Notes: generated from the sequence alone by a model not told the origin. DNA of 64,000 bases from an uncultured Atopobium sp. (GCA_938045565.1 CALIAZ010000003.1:82805-146804), one strand, 5' to 3'. Counted from the first letter of the stretch, positions 1-9,102 are shown. A program made the numbers and translations.

Positions 1-834
1 GAGACCTTCACAGGTTGTTTCCTGGTGCTCGTTGGTAATCAGATAACCGTAATCATCAGTCTGTGCCAGCTCTTTTACCAGGTCAGTCTCTGGCGCATAG
101 CCCGCAAAGACAAACACGCCAATAGAATCGCCATCTTCTGGCGCAAAGGTGGTCTTCTCGCCCGTCTTGAGGTTCTTATACGTAATAGACCTGAGTGCGG
201 AATCTCCGGCAACGGATTCAACCTGCGTGTTGTAGAGAACCGTAATATTTGGATTGGTACGAGCAGCCTCAGACGATGCGGGAGCGCAGGTAAACGCTTC
301 CTCGCGCACAAGAACTGTGACGTGCTTTGCGTACTTAGTCAAAAATACGCTCTCTTCCGCAGCTGCAAAGCCTCCGCCGATGACAAAGACTTCTTTGCCG
401 GTAAAGAATTCGCCGTCGCAGGTAGCGCAGTACGCAACGCCATGGCCCTGGTAGTCCTCTTCTCCCACAAAGCCAATATGGCGTGGATGAGCGCCAGTGG
501 CGAGAAGAACGGAGAGGCAGGGACGCTCACCTTTAGTAGTGTGAACTACCTTGACATCTCCAGACATGTCCAGGTCAGTGACTTCTGCTAGCAAAAACTC
601 TGCGCCAAAGGCCTCAGCCTGCTTACGCATGGTTTCTGAAAGCTCAGAGCCACTAGTAGAGAAAACTCCCGGATAATTAACAACCTCATTAGTGATAGTG
701 ATCTGTCCGCCAAAATGGTCCTTCTCGACAACCAGAACACGGTAGTGAGCACGGGCCAGATAGAGGGCGGCGGTGAGCCCTGCTGGCCCACCGCCGATAA
801 TCACCGCGTCGTAGAGGTCTTTGACGTCGGTCAT
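1..834 (-). CDS. Thioredoxin-reductase/AhpF-homolog flavoprotein, 5' part (runs off the window start)
   Basis: Absent from the ORF track because no stop is in the window. Hand translation from ATG 834 gives MTDVKDLYDAVIIGGGPAGLTAALYLAR (FAD GxGxxG), then YCATCDG (redox CxxC) and VIGGGFAAAEE. It lies directly downstream of ahpC. Confidence 0.9.
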   Translation of the reverse strand, partial: MTDVKDLYDAVIIGGGPAGLTAALYLARAHYRVLVVEKDHFGGQITITNEVVNYPGVFSTSGSELSETMRKQAEAFGAEFLLAEVTDLDMSGDVKVVHTTKGERPCLSVLLATGAHPRHIGFVGEEDYQGHGVAYCATCDGEFFTGKEVFVIGGGFAAAEESVFLTKYAKHVTVLVREEAFTCAPASSEAARTNPNITVLYNTQVESVAGDSALRSITYKNLKTGEKTTFAPEDGDSIGVFVFAGYAPETDLVKELAQTDDYGYLITNEHQETTCEGL

Positions 835-851
835 TGCAAGCTCCCTAGATC

Positions 852-1415
852 TTAGAGCTGACCAACAAGGTCAAGGCTTGGCTTCAGGGTCTCAGCGCCT
901 GGCTGCCACTTAGCTGGGCAGACCTGGTCACCGTGCTCTGCAACAAACTGTGCAGCTTGGAGAAGGCGGAGAAGCTCCTCAGCGTTACGACCAATGCCGC
1001 CAGCGGTAACAAGCTCAACCTGAATGACACCCTCTGGGTCAACAATGAATGCACCGCGCTCAGCAAGGCCAGCGTCCTCAATAAGAACCTCAAAGTTCCT
1101 TGCAAGAACGTGAGCTGGGTCTGCGAGCATTGGGTAGGTTACCTTAGAGATACGCTCGGACTCCTCGTGCCATGCCTTGTGGACAAACTCGGTGTCGCAG
1201 GAAACAGAGTAAACCTCTGCGTCAGCAGCCTGGAACTTGTCATAGTTGTTTGCAAGATCCTCAAGCTCGGTTGGGCAGACAAAGGTAAAGTCAGCTGGAT
1301 AGAAGAAGAACAGGCTCCACTTACCCAGTGTGGACTCCTTGCTTACTTCAGTGATGTCGCCGTTGTGGAATGCGTTTACCTTAAAATCACCAATTTGCTT
1401 ACCAATAAGAGACAT
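852..1415 (-). CDS. ahpC: Alkyl hydroperoxide reductase C (2-Cys peroxiredoxin)
   Basis: FYPADFTFVCPTE peroxidatic motif and VCPAKW resolving Cys; 187 aa. Confidence 0.97.
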   Translation of the reverse strand: MSLIGKQIGDFKVNAFHNGDITEVSKESTLGKWSLFFFYPADFTFVCPTELEDLANNYDKFQAADAEVYSVSCDTEFVHKAWHEESERISKVTYPMLADPAHVLARNFEVLIEDAGLAERGAFIVDPEGVIQVELVTAGGIGRNAEELLRLLQAAQFVAEHGDQVCPAKWQPGAETLKPSLDLVGQL

Positions 1416-1466
1416 AGTCAGTTCCTTTCTGTAAGTAAAACAATTTGTAAAACGTGCTATCTAGAT

Positions 1467-1512
1467 AGTTTACCTTCTTTAACTTATTTGTCAATAACAA
1501 TAATGATTACTA
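1467..1512 (-). promoter_or_regulatory. Candidate sigma70 promoter of ahpC with an adjacent Fur/PerR-like box
   Basis: Minus strand has TTGACA (1489-1494), 16 nt, then TAAACT. The AT-rich 7-1-7 dyad TAGTAAT-C-ATTATTG is at 1498-1512. Confidence 0.5.
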
Positions 1513-1523
1513 TTTATAAAGTT

Positions 1524-1555
1524 AAAAAGAAACAGGTCAGATTGCTCTGACCTGT
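1524..1555 (-). terminator. Intrinsic terminator after tRNA-Val
   Basis: Perfect stem ACAGGTCAGA-ttgc-TCTGACCTGT followed by a T-rich tract on the minus strand. Confidence 0.8.
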
Positions 1556-1562
1556 GAACAGT

Positions 1563-1638
1563 TGGTGGGCGTTATAAGATTTGAACTTATGACCTCTTCC
1601 GTGTCAGGGAAGCGCTCGTCCCCCTGAGCTAAACGCCC
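1563..1638 (-). tRNA. tRNA-Val(GAC)
   Basis: GGGCGTTTAGCTCAG...CTTCC-CT-GAC-AC-GGAAG...GTTCAAATC...CGCCCACCA; 76 nt with encoded CCA. Confidence 0.96.
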
Positions 1639-1907
1639 GAATATGTTTGCTGCTGGGGATGCAGCAAGGGATATATTACGAGAAACCCGCCTCTCTTGCA
1701 ACCGTCAAACTCAACTTTTTTAGAAATTCGCAAAAGATCGGTTTGGTAATACATTGCTGACAATTTAAAACCGTAGACATTGAAATGAATGACTGCCTTT
1801 TAAACCTGTTTGTCTTCTGCACCTCAATTATTAAAAATAGGCAACTGGATTGTAAAAGCATACGGTCAGAAGTATTATGGCAAGTCGTTCGATTGAGGGA
1901 GAAACTT

Positions 1908-2456
1908 ATGAACTTTCTGGAATATAACAAAAACGAGAAGCTAAGCTTTAATTATAAGAAATCATGTGGTCTCTGGTTAATTGTTGTAGCTCTCATCATT
2001 TTTGCAGCTACCGTAATAGGCGGAAAGCAGATTATCAATATGTCCGTATTTAGCTTTGGATATGTTGCTGCCTTCTTATCTATAAATACAAATAAGAAAG
2101 TTCTCAATAAGTTTTCTGATGGTCCTTCAAGTAAGTTCCAGAACAAAATGTCTTTGTATGCTGTAATTTTCTTATTCATTTTGATGTTTTTATTAGGTGG
2201 ACCATTTTTTGCAACTGAAAACTGGAGGCTTATTTGGCTGGGCGCATTAATGGCCACCGCACTGCACTTTTTCCTCTATTACTTTGTACACGGAAAATCG
2301 ATGATTCATCTGGCCATACTCTGCGCCGTCAATATTGCTGCAGGATATATTTTCCCAGATATTCCACTGACAATAACTGCCTATATTGATGCGGCAATTA
2401 AACTTGGCTTTGGAATATATCTGTTCTTTTTCTCAAAGCCAACTCAACAAAAATAA
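1908..2456 (+). CDS. Multi-pass membrane protein, low GC (possibly DUF6609-like)
   Basis: ATG 1908 follows a GAGGGA RBS. About six hydrophobic segments, and visibly more AT-rich than the flanks. The family assignment is from memory and unverified. Confidence 0.75.
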   Translation: MNFLEYNKNEKLSFNYKKSCGLWLIVVALIIFAATVIGGKQIINMSVFSFGYVAAFLSINTNKKVLNKFSDGPSSKFQNKMSLYAVIFLFILMFLLGGPFFATENWRLIWLGALMATALHFFLYYFVHGKSMIHLAILCAVNIAAGYIFPDIPLTITAYIDAAIKLGFGIYLFFFSKPTQQK

Positions 2457-2463
2457 CCTTCGC

Positions 2464-2667
2464 CTAGAGTCCGTGTGCATCAAACGTGTCCTTAACCAAA
2501 GCCACAAGCATTGGAATGAATACAGCTACCCCTGCTAAGAGCATTGGATTATCACGTATTTCTGGAATGTCCTGTAAGAAATTCTGCAGATCATAGACAA
2601 GACCAACGGCAACAGCAATAAGAATAGGTGCCAGAATAATCAGAATGGGTTTTGGTGTATTGCGCGT
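2464..2667 (-). other. Small two-TM ORF (67 aa) with ACG at the expected start position (non-canonical start or start-loss pseudogene)
   Basis: AAAGGA-9nt-ACG, then an open frame RNTPKPILIILAPILIAVAVGLVYDLQNFLQDIPEIRDNPMLLAGVAVFIPMLVALVKDTFDAHGL* ending in TAG. Confidence 0.5.
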
Positions 2668-2764
2668 AAGAGTAATTCCTTTACCAAGTGCCCCTCATAC
2701 ATTTGTCCTATAGAACAAAATCATGCATCAAGCCACATTCTGACTTTTCTTTCTTATCTCTTCC

Positions 2765-4063
2765 CTACTTCTTACGCTTAACCTTAATTTGAATGCCAGA
2801 AGTGTCTGGACGAGGAGATGTAGAAGTAACAGCGGGTTTCTCGCCATTTACAAAGGCGGAGAAACGCTGACGGAAACGATTCCACTTATGGTAGATAGGC
2901 TCGTGGTCGTGAGATCTGAGACCCAAAAGCATGCTTGCCGCCAGAGTTGGAAGCAGATACTCGATGGCGCGCCAAAGTACAAAGCCTGCGGCAATTTCCT
3001 CGCCAAACATGTGTCCAAACAGGAAGGCAAAGCCACCCTCAGCGCCACCAGTACCACCAGGAAGTGGAATGGCTGAGGTCAAGAGCTCAAGCATTGAACC
3101 AGATGCAAGACAGGTTAGAAGATCTGCAGGCTGGCCAAGTGCGCGCAAGACAAAGTACGGAAGCGCATAGAGGCAGCCGAGCTGAACCAAAGTAACCAAC
3201 AAAACAACACACATCTCTGGGATGTTCTTTGCGGCAGTCTTAAAGCCGTTTGAGAACTCATCTACCTGCGTGTTAATGATGCCATGCCAGTGATCGTATC
3301 GTTTTACAATGCGCAGCTTAGAGAGCAATCTTAAGCCCCAGTTACCCACTGTCTTTACCATTTTAGGAAGCAGGCAAATGGCCAAGATTACTGCGACCAT
3401 CACGATCTTTGCGCCAAACAAAATAACGCCAATAACCGTTACGTCGCCAAATTGTTCGTAGAAATAATTAGCCCTGAAGATAAGCATAAGAGCTGCAAAA
3501 ATACCCTCGCCCGCCTCGTACATAACAAAACGTGTGAACTGCAAGGCTCCAGCCTGACCAACAGAAATACCTGCACGAGTCAGGCGATAAATCTGAGCGG
3601 GAGCAGCGCCTGCGCCATTTGGCGTAAGGTTCATGAAGAAGATACCCGACGCCTCAACGCTCATCAGGTCTCGAACACCAACGGGACTCTCGGGATCTGT
3701 AATGACCGAAATCACGTAAGCGAGAATACCCAGGAAATAGTAGACAAAATAGCAAAGTGCACCAGCAATGAGCCAGCCTGTATCTACGTCTGCCAGAGCA
3801 ACAACAAACTCATCAAACTGACCAGAGAAGACAATGTAGAGTGCATAAAGAATTACGACTGCAAAGAGGAAGAGGATGCTTTTTCTAACCTGACCAAAGC
3901 TCTCTTTTGCCTCTTCTACCTGCTCGGATGAAGAAGTAGGAGCAACACTAATCTTAGGTTTTTTGGTTGAAACACCCTTAACGGTTGTAGATCCAATCTT
4001 CACCGTTACCTTCGGTGTAGATGAGGGGTGCTCGGTTTCAGACGCGCCATCTGGGCGATCCAT
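2765..4063 (-). CDS. Lysylphosphatidylglycerol-synthase transmembrane-domain (UPF0104/flippase-like) protein
   Basis: Motifs FFMNLTP.GAG, PLPGGTGGAEGGF and LWR; multi-TM; AAGGAGG RBS before ATG 4063. Confidence 0.82.
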   Translation of the reverse strand: MDRPDGASETEHPSSTPKVTVKIGSTTVKGVSTKKPKISVAPTSSSEQVEEAKESFGQVRKSILFLFAVVILYALYIVFSGQFDEFVVALADVDTGWLIAGALCYFVYYFLGILAYVISVITDPESPVGVRDLMSVEASGIFFMNLTPNGAGAAPAQIYRLTRAGISVGQAGALQFTRFVMYEAGEGIFAALMLIFRANYFYEQFGDVTVIGVILFGAKIVMVAVILAICLLPKMVKTVGNWGLRLLSKLRIVKRYDHWHGIINTQVDEFSNGFKTAAKNIPEMCVVLLVTLVQLGCLYALPYFVLRALGQPADLLTCLASGSMLELLTSAIPLPGGTGGAEGGFAFLFGHMFGEEIAAGFVLWRAIEYLLPTLAASMLLGLRSHDHEPIYHKWNRFRQRFSAFVNGEKPAVTSTSPRPDTSGIQIKVKRKK

Positions 4064-4169
4064 GGGCACCTCCTTGGACTCTGGATCACAATACGTGTGC
4101 AGAAACAACACTCTGTGCAGGCAGACGATGCAACCTCAATGGGTTTCTCGCCAACTACCTGCTTTCATT

Positions 4170-5255
4170 TTACATGAACCGCTCAAGTATACTCTTGTCG
4201 GCCTCAATAATGCCACCGCCAACGACTTCCTGGCCATCGTACAAAACAGCCGACTGACCTGCTGCAACAGTTTTTACCGGCTGGTCAAATTCAACAAATC
4301 CACATTGATTATTTGTGAGCGTAAACGTTACGGGAACAAGTGTGCCTGTGTGACGAGTTCTGACTACATACCTACCGTCAACTGCGGGTTCTCCAGAAAT
4401 CCAATGCATATCCGAGAGCTCCATGCGACGGGTCCACAGCGCAGGACAGTTGAGGTCAGAGGTTACGTAGACCACGTTCTTGAGCGTATCGGTTGCTACC
4501 ACATAACGAGCTGGACCTCCACCAATGTTCAGGCCTTTTCTTTGGCCAACGGTGAAAAGAAACGCTCCGTCATGGGTTCCAAGAACCTTGCCTGTCTCCC
4601 ACTCAATGACGTCGCCCTGCTTTTTCTTGAAGGTGTCCAGCAAAAACGTGCGCAGACCAACAGGACCAATAAAGCAAATACCATCAGAATCTGGCTTGGT
4701 TTCTATACCCAGGTCGCGCTCTGCGCACATAGCGCGCACCTCTGCCTTAGTGGCAATGTGCCCAATTGGAAAGAGTGTTCTCTCAAACAAATGACCTGGT
4801 ACACGCCATAGGAAGTAGGTCTGATCTTTGTGAGCGTCTGCAGCACGCAAAAGTTTTTTGGTACCCGGAACGTTCTGTGCGTAGTGACCTGTTGCAACAA
4901 AATCGGCGCCCTCAGCAAATGCACGCTCTGCAAAGGTGCCAAACTTTACCGTCTGGTTGCACATAACGTCTGGATTGGGCGTACGACCGTGCTCATAGGC
5001 ATCAAGCAGATAATCAACAACAGTGGCCTTATACTCGGCCTCACAGTCCCACACGTCCAAATCAATGCCAAGCGTTACACACACGCGCTCGGCGTCGGCC
5101 AAATCATCTGCCCAAAGACACTTAAAGCCCGGCAGATCCTTTGACCAGTTGCGCATATAGATAGCCTTGACGTTATAGCCTGCCTCAAGAAGCAGAGCCG
5201 CAGACAGCGCCGAATCAACGCCGCCACTCATGCCAAGATAAACTAGTTCTCCCAT
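4170..5255 (-). CDS. mnmA: tRNA 2-thiouridine(34) synthase MnmA
   Basis: MSGGVDS PP-loop, TPNPDVMCN, ATGHY, KDQTYFL, GICFIG, FTVGQRKG, GQSAVLY; start moved to MGELVYL. Confidence 0.96.
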   Translation of the reverse strand: MGELVYLGMSGGVDSALSAALLLEAGYNVKAIYMRNWSKDLPGFKCLWADDLADAERVCVTLGIDLDVWDCEAEYKATVVDYLLDAYEHGRTPNPDVMCNQTVKFGTFAERAFAEGADFVATGHYAQNVPGTKKLLRAADAHKDQTYFLWRVPGHLFERTLFPIGHIATKAEVRAMCAERDLGIETKPDSDGICFIGPVGLRTFLLDTFKKKQGDVIEWETGKVLGTHDGAFLFTVGQRKGLNIGGGPARYVVATDTLKNVVYVTSDLNCPALWTRRMELSDMHWISGEPAVDGRYVVRTRHTGTLVPVTFTLTNNQCGFVEFDQPVKTVAAGQSAVLYDGQEVVGGGIIEADKSILERFM

Positions 5256-6448
5256 GTCACTCCTACACGAGCAGATTCCTGCTTGACGGCCTCGGCAATT
5301 GCCCAAGCTGCGTACAAGATGTCGTCTTCTGTGGTAGTTCTTCCAAGCGTTAACCTGAGACTTCCCGCCGCCACTTCTCGCGGTGCGCCAATTGCCTCGA
5401 GCACGTGAGATATTTGCATCTTTGATGCGGCACACGCGGAGCCTGTTCCCACTGACACACCCAGGCGCTCCAGCAGAATGACCAGACGACGAGCCTCAAG
5501 TCCTGGGAAAGAAACATGCAACAAGTTAGGAAGCCTGAGCTTGGCGTTCTTTGGTCCCGAGACAATCATCTGCGGGAACTCTGCGCAAAGCAGCGTCTGT
5601 AGCTGATCTCTAAGGCGAGAAACCCGCTTTGCCTCGTCAGCGCGAGTCTCATCAGCAAGCGCTAAAGCACACGCAAAGCCAATGACGCCAGCGACGTTCT
5701 CCGTACCTGAGCGAACACCACCTTCTTGTCCGCCGCCAAGAACCAGCGGTCTTAAGCGCACATCGTCGGAAGCCCACAGAAGACCTACCTGCTTTGGGCC
5801 AGAAAGCTTTGCCGCAGAAAGCGTCAACATATCTACTCCCAGCGACGACACGTTCATGCTCAAGTACGCCGCTGCCTGAGAAGCGTCTACGTGCAAGTGC
5901 AGTGAACGAGTCTCCCCTGCTGCAAGCCTGCGTGAGCGCTCCTTAGCAAGTACCTGTGAAATCTCTCGGATAGGCTGGATGGTGCCTATCTCGCCGTTTG
6001 CAAGCTCAATGGAAACCAGTTCGGTCTCTGGCTTGAGCGCTTTTGCAACCCGCTCTGGGTCCACACGACCGTCTGCTTCTACACGAAGTGTCTTGTGCGA
6101 GAAAATCCCTGCACAGGCAAGAACGCTCTCATGCTCAATGGCGTCAACGATAACGTGTGCGTCTTCCGAGACCGTTGCAAACGCCAAGTTGTTTGCCTCT
6201 GTAGCGCCTGCCGTAAGTACCACGTTTCCTGGACGAGCACCGATGATGTGTGCCAAAACAGCGCGTGCGCGTTCCACCTCGTCACGAACCTGGCGAGACA
6301 GTGCGTACGGAGCCGAAGGGTTGTAGAACTTCTCGGTGAAGTACGGAATCATTGCGTCAACTACACGCGGATCCATGGGTGTAGCAGCGGCAAAGTCCAG
6401 GTACACGTTGCCTGTTGGATGTTCTGGTTTTGCAGAAGGCATGTGCAT
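5243..6448 (-). CDS. iscS: Cysteine desulfurase (IscS/NifS group I)
   Basis: YLDFAAATP, GATEANN, SAAKLSGPKQVG (PLP Lys), RSGTENV, GSAC (catalytic Cys); overlaps the mnmA start. Confidence 0.92.
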   Translation of the reverse strand: MHMPSAKPEHPTGNVYLDFAAATPMDPRVVDAMIPYFTEKFYNPSAPYALSRQVRDEVERARAVLAHIIGARPGNVVLTAGATEANNLAFATVSEDAHVIVDAIEHESVLACAGIFSHKTLRVEADGRVDPERVAKALKPETELVSIELANGEIGTIQPIREISQVLAKERSRRLAAGETRSLHLHVDASQAAAYLSMNVSSLGVDMLTLSAAKLSGPKQVGLLWASDDVRLRPLVLGGGQEGGVRSGTENVAGVIGFACALALADETRADEAKRVSRLRDQLQTLLCAEFPQMIVSGPKNAKLRLPNLLHVSFPGLEARRLVILLERLGVSVGTGSACAASKMQISHVLEAIGAPREVAAGSLRLTLGRTTTEDDILYAAWAIAEAVKQESARVGVTWEN

Positions 6449-6577
6449 TACAAATCCTTTGGGTTTCTCGCGGTCTTGCGGACGTGCTTGCGGCGATCGG
6501 CGACTTGCTCCCGAGCGAGCGGTCTTGCGGCGCGCAGCGACTTGCTGTCGGGCGGTCCGGTGGTCGGTGCACGACAG

Positions 6578-7501
6578 CTACGACTTGTCTGCCAAGTCTG
6601 GCGACGTAAACGTCATGTTCTGGAAACGAGCAGATACAAAGCTGTCATCGTAGTGATTATCTACCCACATCTCAAACGCGTTTGCCGGAGGAATGCCAGC
6701 GTCTCTCTGAGCTTTTCTCGCCAAACACGCCACCGTCATAGTAATGTCGGCAACAAGATACACCGTAAGCAGGGTAACAAAAATTGCTTGCCTTTTTGAT
6801 GTTGGCTCGCCAATCTTGTAGAGCGCGCGAGGCATAATGACGCGACACCAAATCAGGCCCAAAATGCCCCAGAAGCCCAAAAATCGCCAGGCCACCCACT
6901 GTGTGATGGCGTCTGGAAGATGGGCATACGTCCATGATTCCGAGTGGAAAATCTCTTGCATTCCCCAGCCGGTAAGCTGCTCCAGCGTACCTCCAACAAC
7001 AACTGAAACCAGGAAAATGACCAGGTTATTGGCGTGATGCTTGTGCAGCTGGTAGCAAATTACCGTCAGAAAAACCGCGCCGGTTCCGTAAAGCGGAGAG
7101 AACGGTCCCCAAATAAGTCCCACCCTACTCTCGGTCAGGCCAGCGGTAATGAGCATCCAGATTTCTTCGATAAGAAGGCCGGCCATGCAGCCCACAATAA
7201 AGAGAATAACCACCTGATACCAGTCAAGATGAATCTTGTCCAAGTACGCCGAGAGCTCGGCTTGCGTTGGTTTTGACTTGGAGAACGATGCGGCTGGTGC
7301 GGCGCCGGGTGCGTCCGGTGCAGCGCCGGGTGCGTCGTCAGGTGCGTCCGATGCAGCGCTAGGAGCGTCGCCTGCGAGCCCATTGATCTTCTCGCCAGAC
7401 GAGAGCCAGCCCCAAAAATAGCGCACCACGCGAACAAAACCGCTTGCGACAAGATACGCAAGCGTCAAAAGAGCTATGAGCGACGCGACAATAAAGAACA
7501 T
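6578..7501 (-). CDS. Putative ABC-transporter permease-type membrane protein (CmpB/TMEM229-like)
   Basis: GLIWGPFSPLYGTG, LEQLTG, WTY and WG motifs; multi-TM; Ala/Pro-rich linker. Confidence 0.7.
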   Translation of the reverse strand: MFFIVASLIALLTLAYLVASGFVRVVRYFWGWLSSGEKINGLAGDAPSAASDAPDDAPGAAPDAPGAAPAASFSKSKPTQAELSAYLDKIHLDWYQVVILFIVGCMAGLLIEEIWMLITAGLTESRVGLIWGPFSPLYGTGAVFLTVICYQLHKHHANNLVIFLVSVVVGGTLEQLTGWGMQEIFHSESWTYAHLPDAITQWVAWRFLGFWGILGLIWCRVIMPRALYKIGEPTSKRQAIFVTLLTVYLVADITMTVACLARKAQRDAGIPPANAFEMWVDNHYDDSFVSARFQNMTFTSPDLADKS

Positions 7502-7702
7502 ACAACCTCATTCAAAAGTTCTTGTCCTATGATACGGCAAGCGGCCACACTTGGCAATCTACCTGCTCTTATTTGTAAGATTTGCAAGAAAAATCCACCT
7601 CTTGAGCGCATTAGGATTCGTGGCTTTTCTAAAAAAGTTTGACGATTTTGAAATTTATACTTGCACTCAGCCGTGAACTTGCGTATATTATTCCTCGCGT
7701 TC

Positions 7703-7778
7703 GCGGGCTTAGCGCAGTTGGTAGCGCGCAACCTTGCCAAGGTTGAGGTCGCGGGTTCGAACCCCGTAGCCCGCTCCA
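7703..7778 (+). tRNA. tRNA-Gly(GCC)
   Basis: GCGGGCTTAGCGCAG...CAACC-TT-GCC-AA-GGTTG...GTTCGAAC...CCCGCTCCA. Confidence 0.97.
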
Positions 7779-7816
7779 TGATTTTTCGGCCGGATTCGTT
7801 TCGGCCTTTTTCATAT

Positions 7817-7890
7817 GGCGAGATGGCCAAGTGGTAAGGCAGAGGCCTGCAAAGCCTTTATCCCCGGTTCGAATCCGGGTCTCGCCTCCA
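7817..7890 (+). tRNA. tRNA-Cys(GCA)
   Basis: GGCGAGATGGCCAAGTGGTAAGGC...GAGGC-CT-GCA-AA-GCCTT...GTTCGAATC...CTCGCCTCCA; 74 nt. Confidence 0.97.
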
Positions 7891-7900
7891 GTGAATTGAC

Positions 7901-7929
7901 AACCCCAGCTTCAGCTGGGGTTTCTTTTT
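7901..7929 (+). terminator. Intrinsic terminator after tRNA-Cys
   Basis: AACCCCAGCT-TC-AGCTGGGGTT followed by TCTTTTT. Confidence 0.85.
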
Positions 7930-8160
7930 GTCGCGCATAACCGTGCTTGTTTGGGTTTTAGATTGCGAGCCTATTTCGAGCCTGAAAAACACATCATGTC
8001 TGAATAAAACAGCTCAGACAAGGTGAGCTTTTCAGTCAAATCGTTCAGACTTGGCGAGAAAATCGGGCTATATAAGAATGTTCGTAAAACCAACTTCGGA
8101 ATCTACTTACGTCTAGAAAAGTCCGCCTGAAAAGTGCAAAGAATCTGTGTTTACGTCACC

Positions 8161-8242
8161 GATTCTTTAGCAAAATCAGGCAAATCCACCGATTCTTTTA
8201 TGTAATTAGGCAAAAGTTACAGATTCTTTGAAGAAATCAGGC
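8161..8242. repeat. Three imperfect direct repeats, period 30-31 bp (GATTCTTT-N5-AATYAGGC)
   Basis: Copies start at 8161, 8191 and 8222. Confidence 0.75.
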
Positions 8243-8305
8243 GCGCTCAAGCTTGCACCGCCCACCTGGCGAGAAACCCGTCCACTCCCAGCGTTTCCGC
8301 ACAAG

Positions 8306-8339
8306 AAACCCGGTATCCACACGAAGTAGATACCGGGTT
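8306..8339 (-). terminator. Hairpin downstream of the STAS-kinase gene
   Basis: AACCCGGTATC...GATACCGGGTT inverted repeat. Confidence 0.7.
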
Positions 8340-8370
8340 GAAATCGACTTGCAACCTGTACTCGCGCAAC

Positions 8371-9102
8371 CTAGCGCATCATCTTGACCAGGCGAACAAC
8401 GGTGCCGTTGCCGGAAGGTTTCTCCTGGATAGACACAGCATCCATAAGCAGGCGCATCAGCTTGACGCCGCGACCACGCTCGGCAAACTGACCAGTCTCG
8501 GGAGGCTCCTCCTCATCAGAGATGCTAAAGCCGCCACCACAATCCGAGACGTCAATGACCACCCTGTCTGGATACGCAGAAACCGTGGTCAGTACACCCT
8601 TCTCGCATGCGTGATCAATAGCGTTGCCAATAGCCTCGCCAACTGCGAGTTCGATATCAAATTTTTGATCCGAGGTAAACGGGAGCATCTTTAACAGCGC
8701 AACTGCCCTTAAGCGAGCATCGCACATCCTGTTGGGGTCAACTTTAAACGTTGTCTGGAACGACGGATGCGTACCCGGCGCAAGCGGGGTCACGCGCGAC
8801 TTAGCGGCACACGTGCTTATAGGCATGAAGTCGATAAGACCCATGCGCACCAAAGCCTTAAACGCCGTCGGTTGCACGTTGGTCAAGCTCATAAGGCCGC
8901 CGAGCGTCTTCATACGTCGAACGGCGCACACAATAAAGCCCATGCCACAAGAATCGATGTACGAAACCTCCGACATGTTCAGCACAATTCTTCTGCAGCC
9001 GCTCTCAATGAGCTGCTCAATCTGGGCCTTCACGCGAGGAACTCCCCTCACGTCAAGGTCTGTATTGACTGAAACAACTGCTATGTTTGGCTGCATATAC
9101 AT
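8371..9102 (-). CDS. Fused anti-sigma antagonist (STAS, RsbV-like) and anti-sigma/Ser kinase (HATPase_c, RsbW-like)
   Basis: N-terminal VLNMSEVSYIDSCG carries the STAS phosphoacceptor Ser. C-terminal EAIGNAIDHA (N box), DCGGGF (G1) and ERGRG (G2). The ORF-track extension to 9360 is a shadow of the upstream repeat. Confidence 0.88.
   Translation of the reverse strand: MYMQPNIAVVSVNTDLDVRGVPRVKAQIEQLIESGCRRIVLNMSEVSYIDSCGMGFIVCAVRRMKTLGGLMSLTNVQPTAFKALVRMGLIDFMPISTCAAKSRVTPLAPGTHPSFQTTFKVDPNRMCDARLRAVALLKMLPFTSDQKFDIELAVGEAIGNAIDHACEKGVLTTVSAYPDRVVIDVSDCGGGFSISDEEEPPETGQFAERGRGVKLMRLLMDAVSIQEKPSGNGTVVRLVKMMR

Noticed and set aside
7474..7830. ORFs 7474-7830 and 7629-7814
   Set aside because: Antisense translations of the tRNA genes
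8070..8085. CGAAC half-sites near 8080 and 35510 as LexA boxes
   Set aside because: Only one half-site matches in each case
8161..8242. Possible mini-CRISPR array
   Set aside because: The 30-31 bp period leaves only about 10 nt between conserved parts, the repeats are degenerate, and no cas genes are present. Kept only as a repeat.
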